Assembly (NCBI GenBank): GCA_032718475.1
Contig: JAUCBJ010007290.1
Coordinates: 62,001 to 126,000, forward strand
Source of the DNA: Nemertoderma westbladi
Lineage: Eukaryota > Animalia > Xenacoelomorpha
Length of the DNA: 64,000 bases
Direction: 5' to 3'
This document shows positions 24,002 to 37,600 of this stretch, piece after piece. Position numbers and translations under genes: made by a program. The notes beneath the pieces were generated by a model. The model worked only from the letters and a program-made list of their open reading frames with translations, searched no databases and was not told where the DNA came from. Within the stretch, counting starts at the first letter, position 1, and each line of letters starts with the position of its first letter.

Positions 24002-27000
24002 CCGAGAAACAATGTCCCACCACACTACATTGTAGGCCCAGCCATACACGTTGAGAATTATCTAACAATCCGATAAACAATGTCGCCCCACACTACGTTG
24101 TAGGCCCAGCCATACACGTTGAGAATTATCTAACAATCCGATAAACAATGTCCCGCCACACTAAGTTCCAGCCATACACGTTGAGAATTATCTAACAATC
24201 AGATAAACAATGTCCCACCACACTACGTTGTAGGTCCAGCCATACACGTTGAGAATTATCTAACAATCCGATAAACAATGTCCCACCACACTACATTGTA
24301 GGCCCAGCCATACACGTTGAGAATTATCTAACAATCCGATAAACAATGTCCCACCACACTACGTTGTAGGCCCAGCCATACACGTTGAGAATTATCTAAC
24401 AATTCGATAAACAATGTCCCACCACACTACGTTGTAGGCCCAGCCATACACGTTGAGAATTATCTAACAATCCGATAAACAATGTCCCACCACACTACGT
24501 TGTAGGCCCAGCCATACACGTTGAGAATTATCTAACAATTCGATAAACAATGTCCCACCACACTACGTTGTAGGCCCAGCCATACACGTTGAGAATTATC
24601 TAACAATCCGATAAACAATGTCCCACCACACTACGTTGTAGGTCCAGCCATACACGTTGAGAATTATCTAACAATCCGATAAACAATGTCCCACCACACT
24701 ACATTGTAGGCCCAGCCATACACGTTGAGAATTCTCTAAGAATCCGAGAAACAATGTCCCACCACACTAAGTTGTAGGCCCAGCCATACACGTTGAGAAT
24801 TATCTAACAATCCGATAAACAATGTCCCACCACACTACATTGTAGGCCCAGCCATACACGTTGAGAATTATCTAACAAGATCCGATAAACAATGTCCCAC
24901 CACACTACATTGTAGGCCCAGCCATACACGTTGAGAATTATCTAACAATTCGATAAACAATGTCCCACAACACTACGTTGTAGGTCCAGCCATACACGTT
25001 GAGAATTATCTAACAATCCGATAAACAATGTCCCACCACACTATATTGTAGGCCCAGCCATACACGTTGAGAATTCTCTAAGAATCCGAGAAACAATGTC
25101 CCACCACACTAAGTTGTAGGCCCAGCCATACACGTTGAGAATTATCTAACAATCCGATAAACAATGTCCCACCACACTACATTGTAGGCCCAGCCATACA
25201 CGTTGAGAATTATCTAACAATTCGATAAACAATGTCCCACCACACTACATTGTAGGCCCAGTCATACACGTTGAGAATTATCTTACAATTCGATAAACAA
25301 TGTCCCACCACACTACATTGTAGGCCCAGCCATACACGTTGAGAATTCTCTAACAATCCGATAAACAATGTCCCACCACACTACATTGTAGGCCCAGCCA
25401 TACACATTGAGAATTCTCTAACAATCCGATAAACAATGTCCCACCACAATACATTGTAGGCCCAGCCATACACGTTGAGAATTCTCTAACAATCCGATAA
25501 ACTATGTCCCACCACACTACATTGTAGGCCCAGCCATACACGTTGAGAATTATCTAACAATTCGATAAACAATGTCCCACCACACTACATTGTAGGCCCA
25601 GTCATACACGTTGAGAATTCTCTAACAATCCGATAAACAATGTCCCACAACACTACGTTGTAGGCCCAGCCATACACGTTGAGAATTCTCTAACAATCCG
25701 ATAAACAATGTCCCACCACACTACATTGTAGGCCCAGCCATACACATTGAGAATTCTCTAACAATCCGATAAACAATGTCCCACCACACTACATTGTAGG
25801 CCCAGCCATACACGTTGAGAATTATCTAACAATCCGATAAACAATGTCGCCCCACACTACGTTGTAGGCCCAGCCATACACGTTGAGAATTATCTAACAA
25901 TCCGATAAACAATGTCCCACCACACTAAGTTCCAGCCATACACGTTGAGAATTATCTAACAATCCGATAAACAATGTCCCACCACACTACGTTGTAGGTC
26001 CAGCCATACACGTTGAGAATTATCTAACAATCCGATAAACAATGTCCCACCACACTACATTGTAGGCCCAGCCATACACGTTGAGAATTCTCTAAGAATC
26101 CGAGAAACAATGTCCCACCACACTAAGTTGTAGGCCCAGCCATACACGTTGAGAATTATCTAACAATCCGATAAACAATGTCCCACCACACTACATTGTA
26201 GGCCCAGCCATACACGTTGAGAATTATCTAACAAGATCCGATAAACAATGTCCCACCACACTACATTGTAGGCCCAGCCATACACGTTGAGAATTATCTA
26301 ACAATTCGATAAACAATGTCCCACCACACTACGTTGTAGGTCCAGCCATACACGTTGAGAATTATCTAACAATCCGATAAACAATGTCCCACCACACTAT
26401 ATTGTAGGCCCAGCCATACACGTTGAGAATTCTCTAAGAATCCGAGAAACAATGTCCCACCACACTAAGTTGTAGGCCCAGCCATACACGTTGAGAATTA
26501 TCTAACAATCCGATAAACAATGTCCCACCACACTACATTGTAGGCCCAGCCATACACGTTAAGAATTATCTAACAATTCGATAAACAATGTCCCACCACA
26601 CTACATTGTAGGCCCAGTCATACACGTTGAGAATTATCTTACAATTCGATAAACAATGTCCCACCACACTACATTGTAGGCCCAGCCATACACGTTGAGA
26701 ATTCTCTAACAATCCGATAAACAATGTCCCACCACACTACATTGTAGGCCCAGCCATACACATTGAGAATTCTCTAACAATCCGATAAACAATGTCCCAC
26801 CACACTACATTGTAGGCCCAGCCATACACGTTGAGAATTCTCTAACAATCCGATAAACAATGTCCCACCACACTACATTGTAGGCCCAGCCATACACGTT
26901 GAGAATTATCTAACAAGATCCGATAAACAATGTCCCACCACACTACATTGTAGGCCCAGCCATACACGTTGAGAATTATCTAACAATTCGATAAACAATG

Positions 27001-30000
27001 TCCCACCACACTACGTTGTAGGTCCAGCCATACACGTTGAGAATTATCTAACAATCCGATAAACAATGTCCCACCACACTATATTGTAGGCCCAGCCATA
27101 CACGTTGAGAATTCTCTAAGAATCCGAGAAACAATGTCCCACCACACTAAGTTGTAGGCCCAGCAATACACGTTGAGAATTATCTAACAATCCGATAAAC
27201 AATGTCCCACCACACTACATTGTAGGCCCAGCCATACACGTTAAGAATTATCTAACAATTCGATAAACAATGTCCCACCACACTACATTGTAGGCCCAGT
27301 CATACACGTTGAGAATTATCTTACAATTCGATAAACAATGTCCCACCACACTACATTGTAGGCCCAGCCATACACGTTGAGAATTCTCTAACAATCCGAT
27401 AAACAATGTCCCACCACACTACATTGTAGGCCCAGCCATACACATTGAGAATTCTCTAACAATCCGATAAACAATGTCCCAACACACTACATTGTAGGCC
27501 CAGCCATACACGTTGAGAATTCTCTAACAATCCGATAAACAATGTCCCACCACACTACATTGTAGGCCCAGCCATACACGTTGAGAATTATCTAACAATT
27601 CGATAAACAATGTCCCACCACACTACATTGTAGGCCCAGCCATGTCCCACCACACTACATTGTAGGCCCAGCCATACACGTTGAGAATTATCTAACAATT
27701 CGATAAACAATGTCCCACCACACTACATTGTAGGCCCAGCCATACACGTTGAGAATTATCTAACAATCCGATAAACAATGTCCCACCACACTACATTGTA
27801 GGCCCAGCCATACACATTGAGAATTCTCTAACAATCCGATAAACAATGTCCCACCACACTACATTGTAGGCCCAGCCATACACGTTGAGAATTCTCTAAC
27901 AATCCGATAAACAATGTCCCACCACACTACATTGTAGGCCCAGCCATACACGTTGAGAATTCTCTAACAATCCGATAAACAATGTCCCACCACACTACAT
28001 TGTAGGCCCAGCCATACACGTTGAGAATTATCTAACAATTCGATAAACAATGTCCCACCACACTACATTGTAGGCCCAGTCATACACGTTGAGAATTATC
28101 TAACAATTCGATAAACAATGTCCCACCACACTACATTGTAGGCCCAGCCATACACGTAGAGAATTCTCTAACAATCCGATAAACAATGTCCCACCACACT
28201 ACATTGTAGGCCCAGCCATACACATTGATATTCTCTAACAATCCGATAAACAATGTCCCACCACACTACATTGTAGGCCCAGCCATACACGTTGAGAATT
28301 CTCTAACAATCCGATAAACAATGTCGCCCCACACTACGTTGTAGGCCCAGCCATACACGTTGAGAATTATCTAACAATCCGATAAACAATGTCCCGCCAC
28401 ACTAAGTTCCAGCCATACACGTTGAGAATTATCTAACAATCAGATAAACAATGTCCCACCACACTACGTTGTAGGTCCAGCCATACACGTTGAGAATTAT
28501 CTAACAATCCGATAAACAATGTCCCACCACACTACATTGTAGGCCCAGCCATACACGTTGAGAATTATCTAACAATCCGATAAACAATGTCCCACCACAC
28601 TACGTTGTAGGCCCAGCCATACACGTTGAGAATTATCTAACAATTCGATAAACAATGTCCCACCACACTACGTTGTAGGCCCAGCCATACACGTTGAGAA
28701 TTATCTAACAATCCGATAAACAATGTCCCACCACACTACGTTGTAGGCCCAGCCATACACGTTGAGAATTATCTAACAATTCGATAAACAATGTCCCACC
28801 ACACTACGTTGTAGGCCCAGCCATACACGTTGAGAATTATCTAACAATCCGATAAACAATGTCCCACCACACTACGTTGTAGGTCCAGCCATACACGTTG
28901 AGAATTATCTAACAATCCGATAAACAATGTCCCACCACACTACATTGTAGGCCCAGCCATACACGTTGAGAATTATCTAACAATCCGATAAACAATGTCC
29001 CACCACACTACGTTGTAGGCCCAGCCATACACGTTGAGAATTATCTAACAATCCGATAAACAATGTCGCCCCACACTACGTTGTAGGCCCAGCCATACAC
29101 GTTGAGAATTATCTAACAATCCGATAAACAATGTCCCACCACACTAAGTTCCAGCCATACACGTTGAGAATTATCTAACAATCCGATAAACAATGTCCCA
29201 CCACACTACGTTGTAGGTCCAGCCATACACGTTGAGAATTATCTAACAATCCGATAAACAATGTCCCACCACACTACATTGTAGGCCCAGCCATACACGT
29301 TGAGAATTCTCTAAGAATCCGAGAAACAATGTCCCACCACACTAAGTTGTAGGCCCAGCCATACACGTTGAGAATTATCTAACAATCCGATAAACAATGT
29401 CCCACCACACTACATTGTAGGCCCAGCCATACACGTTGAGAATTATCTAACAAGATCCGATAAACAATGTCCCACCACACTACATTGTAGGCCCAGCCAT
29501 ACACGTTGAGAATTATCTAACAATTCGATAAACAATGTCCCACAACACTACGTTGTAGGTCCAGCCATACACGTTGAGAATTATCTAACAATCCGATAAA
29601 CAATGTCCCACCACACTATATTGTAGGCCCAGCCATACACGTTGAGAATTCTCTAAGAATCCGAGAAACAATGTCCCACCACACTAAGTTGTAGGCCCAG
29701 CCATACACGTTGAGAATTATCTAACAATCCGATAAACAATGTCCCACCACACTACATTGTAGGCCCAGCCATACACGTTGAGAATTATCTAACAATTCGA
29801 TAAACAATGTCCCACCACACTACATTGTAGGCCCAGTCATACACGTTGAGAATTATCTTACAATTCGATAAACAATGTCCCACCACACTACATTGTAGGC
29901 CCAGCCATACACGTTGAGAATTCTCTAACAATCCGATAAACAATGTCCCACCACACTACATTGTAGGCCCAGCCATACACATTGAGAATTCTCTAACAAT

Positions 30001-33000
30001 CCGATAAACAATGTCCCACCACAATACATTGTAGGCCCAGCCATACACGTTGAGAATTCTCTAACAATCCGATAAACTATGTCCCACCACACTACATTGT
30101 AGGCCCAGCCATACACGTTGAGAATTATCTAACAATTCGATAAACAATGTCCCACCACACTACATTGTAGGCCCAGTCATACACGTTGAGAATTCTCTAA
30201 CAATCCGATAAACAATGTCCCACAACACTACGTTGTAGGCCCAGCCATACACGTTGAGAATTCTCTAACAATCCGATAAACAATGTCCCACCACACTACA
30301 TTGTAGGCCCAGCCATACACATTGAGAATTCTCTAACAATCCGATAAACAATGTCCCACCACACTACATTGTAGGCCCAGCCATACACGTTGAGAATTAT
30401 CTAACAATCCGATAAACAATGTCGCCCCACACTACGTTGTAGGCCCAGCCATACACGTTGAGAATTATCTAACAATCCGATAAACAATGTCCCACCACAC
30501 TAAGTTCCAGCCATACACGTTGAGAATTATCTAACAATCCGATAAACAATGTCCCACCATACTACGTTGTAGGTCCAGCCATACACGTTGAGAATTATCT
30601 AACAATCCGATAAACAATGTCCCACCACACTACATTGTAGGCCCAGCCATACACGTTGAGAATTCTCTAAGAATCCGAGAAACAATGTCCCACCACACTA
30701 AGTTGTAGGCCCAGCCATACACGTTGAGAATTATCTAACAATCCGATAAACAATGTCCCACCACACTACATTGTAGGCCCAGCCATACACGTTGAGAATT
30801 ATCTAACAAGATCCGATAAACAATGTCCCACCACACTATATTGTAGGCCCAGCCATACACGTTGAGAATTATCTAACAATTCGATAAACAATGTCCCACC
30901 ACACTACGTTGTAGGTCCAGCCATACACGTTGAGAATTATCTAACAATCCGATAAACAATGTCCCACCACACTATATTGTAGGCCCAGCCATACACGTTG
31001 AGAATTCTCTAAGAATCCGAGAAACAATGTCCCACCACACTAAGTTGTAGGCCCAGCCATACACGTTGAGAATTATCTAACAATCCGATAAACAATGTCC
31101 CACCACACTACATTGTAGGCCCAGCCATACACGTTAAGAATTATCTAACAATTCGATAAACAATGTCCCACCACACTACATTGTAGGCCCAGTCATACAC
31201 GTTGAGAATTATCTTACAATTCGATAAACAATGTCCCACCACACTACATTGTAGGCCCAGCCATACACGTTGAGAATTCTCTAACAATCCGATAAACAAT
31301 GTCCCACCACACTACATTGTAGGCCCAGCCATACACATTGAGAATTCTCTAACAATCCGATAAACAATGTCCCACCACACTACATTGTGGGCCCAGCCAT
31401 ACACGTTGAGAATTCTCTAACAATCCGATAAACAATGTCCCACCACACTACATTGTAGGCCCAGCCATACACGTTGAGAATTATCTAACAATTCGATAAA
31501 CAATGTCCCACCACACTACATTGTAGGCCCAGCCATGTCCCACCACACTACATTGTAGGCCCAGCCATACACGTTGAGAATTATCTAACAATTCGATAAA
31601 CAATGTCCCACCACACTACATTGTAGGCCCAGCCATACACGTTGAGAATTATCTAACAATCCGATAAACAATGTCCCACCACACTACATTGTAGGCCCAG
31701 CCATACACATTGAGAATTCTCTAACAATCCGATAAACAATGTCCCACCACACTACATTGTAGGCCCAGCCATACACGTTGAGAATTCTCTAACAATCCGA
31801 TAAACAATGTCCCACCACACTACATTGTAGGCCCAGCCATACACGTTGAGAATTCTCTAACAATCCGATAAACAATGTCCCACCACACTACATTGTAGGC
31901 CCAGCCATACACGTTGAGAATTATCTAACAATTCGATAAACAATGTCCCACCACACTACATTGTAGGCCCAGTCATACACGTTGAGAATTATCTAACAAT
32001 TCGATAAACAATGTCCCACCACACTACATTGTAGGCCCAGCCATACACGTAGAGAATTCTCTAACAATCCGATAAACAATGTCCCACCACACTACATTGT
32101 AGGCCCAGCCATACACATTGATATTCTCTAACAATCCGATAAACAATGTCCCACCACACTACATTGTAGGCCCAGCCATACACGTTGAGAATTCTCTAAC
32201 AATCCGATAAACAATGTCCCACCACACTACATTGTAGGCCCAGCCATACACGTTGAGAATTATCTAACAATTCGATAAACAATGTCCCACCACACTACAT
32301 TGTAGGCCCAGTCATACACGTTGAGAATTCTCTAACAATCCGATAAACAATGTCCCACAACACTACGTTGTAGGCCCAGCCATACACGTTGAGAATTCTC
32401 TAACAATCCGATAAACAATGTCCCACCACACTACATTGTAGGCCCAGCCATACACATTGAGAATTCTCTAACAATCCGATAAACAATGTCCCACCACACT
32501 ACATTGTAGGCCCAGCCATACACGTTGAGAATTCTCTAACAATCCGATAAACAATGTCCCACCACACTACATTGTAGGCCCAGCCATACACGTTGAGAAT
32601 TCTCTAACAATCCGATAAACAATGTCCCACCACACTACATTGTAGGCCCAGCCATACACGTTGAGAATTCTCTAACAATCCGATAAACAATGTCCCACCA
32701 CACTACATTATAGGCCCAGCCATACACATTGAGAATTCTCTAACAATCCGATAAACAATGTCCCACCACACTACATTGTAGGCCCAGCCATACACGTTGA
32801 GAATTATCTAACAATCCGATAAACAATGTCCCACCACACTACATTGTAGGCCCAGCCATACATGTTGAGAATTCTCTAACAATCCGATAAACAATATCCC
32901 ACCACACTACATTGTAGGCCCAGCCATACACGTTGAGAATTCTCTAACAATCCGATAGACAATGTCCCACCACACTACATTGTAGGCCCAGCCATACACG

Positions 33001-34313
33001 TTGAGAATTATCTAACAAGATCCGATAAACAATATCCCACCACACTACATTGTAGGCCCAGCCATACACATTGAGAATTATCTAACAATCCGATAAACAA
33101 TGTCCCACCACACTAAGTTGTAGGCCCAGCCATACACGTTGAGAATTATCTAACAAGATCCGATAAACAATGTCCCACCACACTACATTGTAGGCCCAGC
33201 CATACACGTTGAGAATTCTTTAACAATCCGATAGACAATGTCCCACCACACTACATTGTAGGCCCAGCCATACACGTTGAGAATTCTCTAACAATCCGAT
33301 AGACAATGTCCCACCACACTACATTGTAGGCCCAGCCATACACGTTGAGAATTATCTAACAAGATCCGATAAACAATATCCCACCACACTACATTGTAGG
33401 CCCAGCCATACACATTGAGAATTATCTAACAATCCGATAAACAATGTCCCACCACACTAAGTTGTAGGCCCAGCCATACACGTTGAGAATTATCTAACAA
33501 GATCCGATAAACAATGTCCCACCACACTACATTGTAGGCCCAGCCATACACGTTGAGAATTCTTTAACAATCCGATAGACAATGTCCCACCACACTACAT
33601 TGTAGGCCCAGCCATACACGTTGAGAATTCTCTAACAATCCGATAGACAATGTCCCACCACACTACATTGTAGGCCCAGCCATACACGTTGAGAATTATC
33701 TAACAAGATCCGATAAACAATATCCCACCACACTACATTGTAGGCCCAGCCATACACATTGAGAATTATCTAACAATCCGATAAACAATGTCCCACCACA
33801 CTAAGTTGTAGGCCCAGCCATACACGTTGAGAATTATCTAACAAGATCCGATAAACAATGTCCCACCACACTACATTGTAGGCCCAGCCATACACGTTGA
33901 GAATTCTTTAACAATCCGATAGACAATGTCCCACCACACTACATTGTAGGCCCAGCCATACACGTTGAGAATTATCTAACAAGATCCGATAAACAATGTC
34001 CCACCACACTACGTTGTAGGTCCAGCCATACACGTTGAGAATTCTTTAACAATCCGATAGACAATGTCCCACCACACTACATTGTAGGCCCAGCCATACA
34101 CGTTGAGAATTATCTAACAAGATCCGATAAACAATGTCCCACCACACTACATTGTAGGCCCAGCCATACACGTTGCGCATTCTCTAACGATCTGACTATG
34201 AAATATTCGAGTGGATGGAAATTCAAAACATATTAAATGACATTAGGTTTATTCTTATAGTTTCCGTTGTACTTATCTATAATAAGAACTGCCTTGTTAT
34301 GTGTATATTTATC

Positions 34314-34350
34314 TACCTGAAGACGAATTAATAATTCGAAACGCATCGTA
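34314..34350 (+). ncRNA. Degenerate minimal type-I hammerhead ribozyme motif
   Basis: TAC-CTGAAGA-C-GAATTA-A-TAATTC-GAAA-CGC-ATC-GTA. Confidence 0.5.
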
Positions 34351-34447
34351 ATGTCATTTTATTGTTTTAATTTATTAACATTGTTGACACGATGTTCAAA
34401 CTCTTTGCTACTCTCGCATTACCGGTACAAACTATCAGAATACTTAC

Positions 34448-34604
34448 AGGGCTGGTTGTTTGGTGAGACAATATCCGATACAAGCGTCATCATTTCCTTC
34501 CTCAGTTAAACATTTGGGGTGAAGAGTTTGCACGGATTTACAGAACTGGCCACAAGTATATGCACAAGGCTCGTAATGTGCACTGCTGTCAGAACAGATC
34601 GGGG
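34448..34604 (-). CDS. Exon: TIL-like (PICSDSSAHYEPCAYTCGQFC...)
   Basis: tttcag|CCCC acceptor, CCT|gtaagt donor, phase 1-2; translated by hand. Confidence 0.85.
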
Positions 34605-34685
34605 CTGAAAGAGGTTAAAACGACGCCAAATCAAAATTATTATTGAATTAGAGAATCTTTTTGGCTCATTAAGACAGGGATTATA

Positions 34686-37600
34686 TCTGTTCACCACCAT
34701 GGGTGATCTACCACAGTAAACCCTTTCACTCTGTTTCCTAATGGTATGCCTGTTCACCACCATGGGTAATCTTCCACAGTAAACCCTCTCACTCTGTTTC
34801 CTAAAGGAATGCCGGTTCATCACCATGGGTGATCTTCCACAGTAAACCCTTCCACTCTGTTTCTTAAATGAATGCCTGTTCACCATCATGGGTGATCTCC
34901 CACAGTAAACCCTTTCACTCTGTGTCGTAAAGGAATGCCTGTTCACCACGATGGGTGATCTTCCACAGTAAACCCTTTCACTATGTGTCCTAAAGGAATG
35001 CATGTTCACCACCATGGGTGATCTTCCACAGTAAACCCTCTCACTCTGTGTCCTAAAGTAATGCCTGTTCACCACCATGGGTGATCTTCCACAGTAAACC
35101 CTTCCACTCTGTGTCCTAAAGGAATGCCTGTGTTCACCACCATGGGTAATCTTCCACAGTAAACCCTTTCACTCTGTTTCCTAATGGAATGCCTGTTCAC
35201 CACCATGGGTAATCTCCCACAGTAACCCCTTTCACTCTGTGTCCTAAGGAATGCCTGTTCACCACCATGGGTGATCTTCCACAGTAAACCCTCTCACTCT
35301 GTGTCCTAAAGGAATGCCTGTTCACCACCATGGGTGATCTTCCACAGTAAACCCTTCCACTCTGTGTCCTAAAGGAATGCCTGTTCACCACCATGGGTAA
35401 TCTTCCACAGTAAACCCTTTCACTCTGTGTCCTAAAGGAATGCCTGTTCACCACCATGGGTAATCTTCCACAGTAAACCCTTCCACTCTGTTTCCTAAAG
35501 GAATGCCTGTTCACCACCATGGGTGATCTTCCACAGTACACCCTTCCACTCTGTGTCCTAAAGGAATGCCTGTTCACCACCATGGGTGATCTTCCACAGT
35601 AAACCCCTTCACTCTGTGTCCTAAAGGAATGCCCATTCACCACCATGGGTGATATTCCACAGTAAACCCTTTCAATCTGTGTCCTAAAGGAATGCCTGTT
35701 CACTATCATGGGTGATCTTCCATAGTAAGCCCTTCCACTCTGTGTCCTAAAGGAATGTCTGTTCACCACCCACTATGGGTGATTTTCCACTATAAAAACC
35801 TCCCACTTTGTTACCTATAGGAATTCACGTTCACCACCATGGGTGATCTTCCACAGTAAACCCTTTCACTCTGTGTCCTAAATGAATGCCTGTTCACCAC
35901 CATGGGTGATATTCCACAGTAAACCCTTTCAATCTGTGTCCTAAAGGAATGCCTGTTCACTATCATGGGTGATCTTCCATAGTAAGCCCTTCCACTCTGT
36001 GTCCTAAAGGAATGCCTGTTCACCACCCACTATGGGTGATTTTCCACTATAAAAACCTCCCACTTTGTTACCTAAAGGAATGCCTGTTCACTACCATGGG
36101 TGATCTTCCACAGTAAACCTCTCCCACTTTGTCCAAAAGGAATGCCTATTCACCACAATGGGTGATCTTCCACAGTAAACCCTTCCACTCTGCTCCCTAA
36201 AGGAATGCCTGTACACTACCATGGGTGATCTTCCACAGTAAACCCTTTCACTCTGTGTCCTAAAGGAATGCCTATTCACCACCATGGGTGATCTTCCACA
36301 TTAAACCCTTTCACTCTGTGTCCTAAATGAATACCTGTTCACCACTATGGGTGATCTTCCACAGTAAACCCTTCCACTCTGTGTCCTAAAGGAATGCCTG
36401 TTCACTACCATGGGTGAACTTCCACAGTAAACCCTTCCACTCTGTGTCCTAAAGGAATGCCTGTTCACTAACATGGGTGATCTTCCACAGTAAACCCTTC
36501 CACTCTGTGTCCTAAAGGAATGCCTGTTCACCACCATGGGTGATCTTCCACAGTAAACCCTTTCACTCTGTGTCCTAAAAGAATGCCTGTTCACCACCCA
36601 CCATGGATGATCTTCCACTGTAAAAACCTCCCACTTTGTTACCTAAAGGAATACCTGTTCACCACCATGGCTGATCTTCCACAGTAAACCCTGCCACTCT
36701 GTTTCCAAAATGAATGCCTGTTCACCACCATGGGTGACCTTCCGCATTAAACCCTTTCACTCTGTTCCCTAAAGGAAGGCCTGTTCATCACTATGGGTGA
36801 CCTTCCGCAGTAAACCCTTTCACTCTGTTCCCTAAATGAAGGCCTGTTCACCACTATGGGTGACCTTCCGCAGTAAACCAATCCACTCTGTTTCCTAAAT
36901 GAATGCCTGTTCACCACCATTGGTGACCTTCCGCATTAAACCCTTTCACTCTGTTCCCTAAATGAAGGCCTGTTCACCACTATGGGTGACCTGCCGCAGT
37001 AAACCAATCCACTCTGTTTCTTAAATGAATGCCTGTTCACCACCATTGGTGACCTTCCGCATTAAACCCTTTCACTCTGTTCCCTAAAGGAAGGCCTGTT
37101 CATCACTATGGGTGACCTTCCGCAGTAAACCCTTTCACTCTGTTCCCTAAATGAAGGCCTGTTCACCACTATGGGTGACCTGCCGCAGTAAACCAATCCA
37201 CTCTGTTTCTTAAATGAATGCCTGTTCACCACCATTGGTGACCTTCCGCATTAAACCCTTTCACTCTGTTTCCTAAAGGAAGGCCTGTTCATCACTATGG
37301 GTGACCTTCCGCAGTAAACCCTTTCACTCTGTTCCCTAAATGAAGGCCTGTTCACCACTATGGGTGACCTTCCGCAGTAAACCAATCCACTCTGTTTCCT
37401 AAATGAATGCCTGTTCACCACCATTGGTGACCTTCCGCATTAAACCCTTTCACTCTGTTCCCTAAATGAAGGCCTGTTCACCACTATGGGTGACCTTCCG
37501 CAGTAAACCCTTTTCACTCTGTTCCCTAAAGGAAGGCCGGTTCACCACCATGGGTGACCTTCCGCATTGAACACTTTCACTCTGTTCCCTAAAGGAAGGC

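Larger units (their letters stand above)
20302..34192. repeat. 68-bp tandem array (about 160 copies), interrupted by a 3-kb insertion at 20977-24001
   Basis: Unit AACAATGTCCCACCACACTACATTGTAGGCCCAGCCATACACGTTGAGAATTATCTAACAATCCGATA. Confidence 0.97.
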
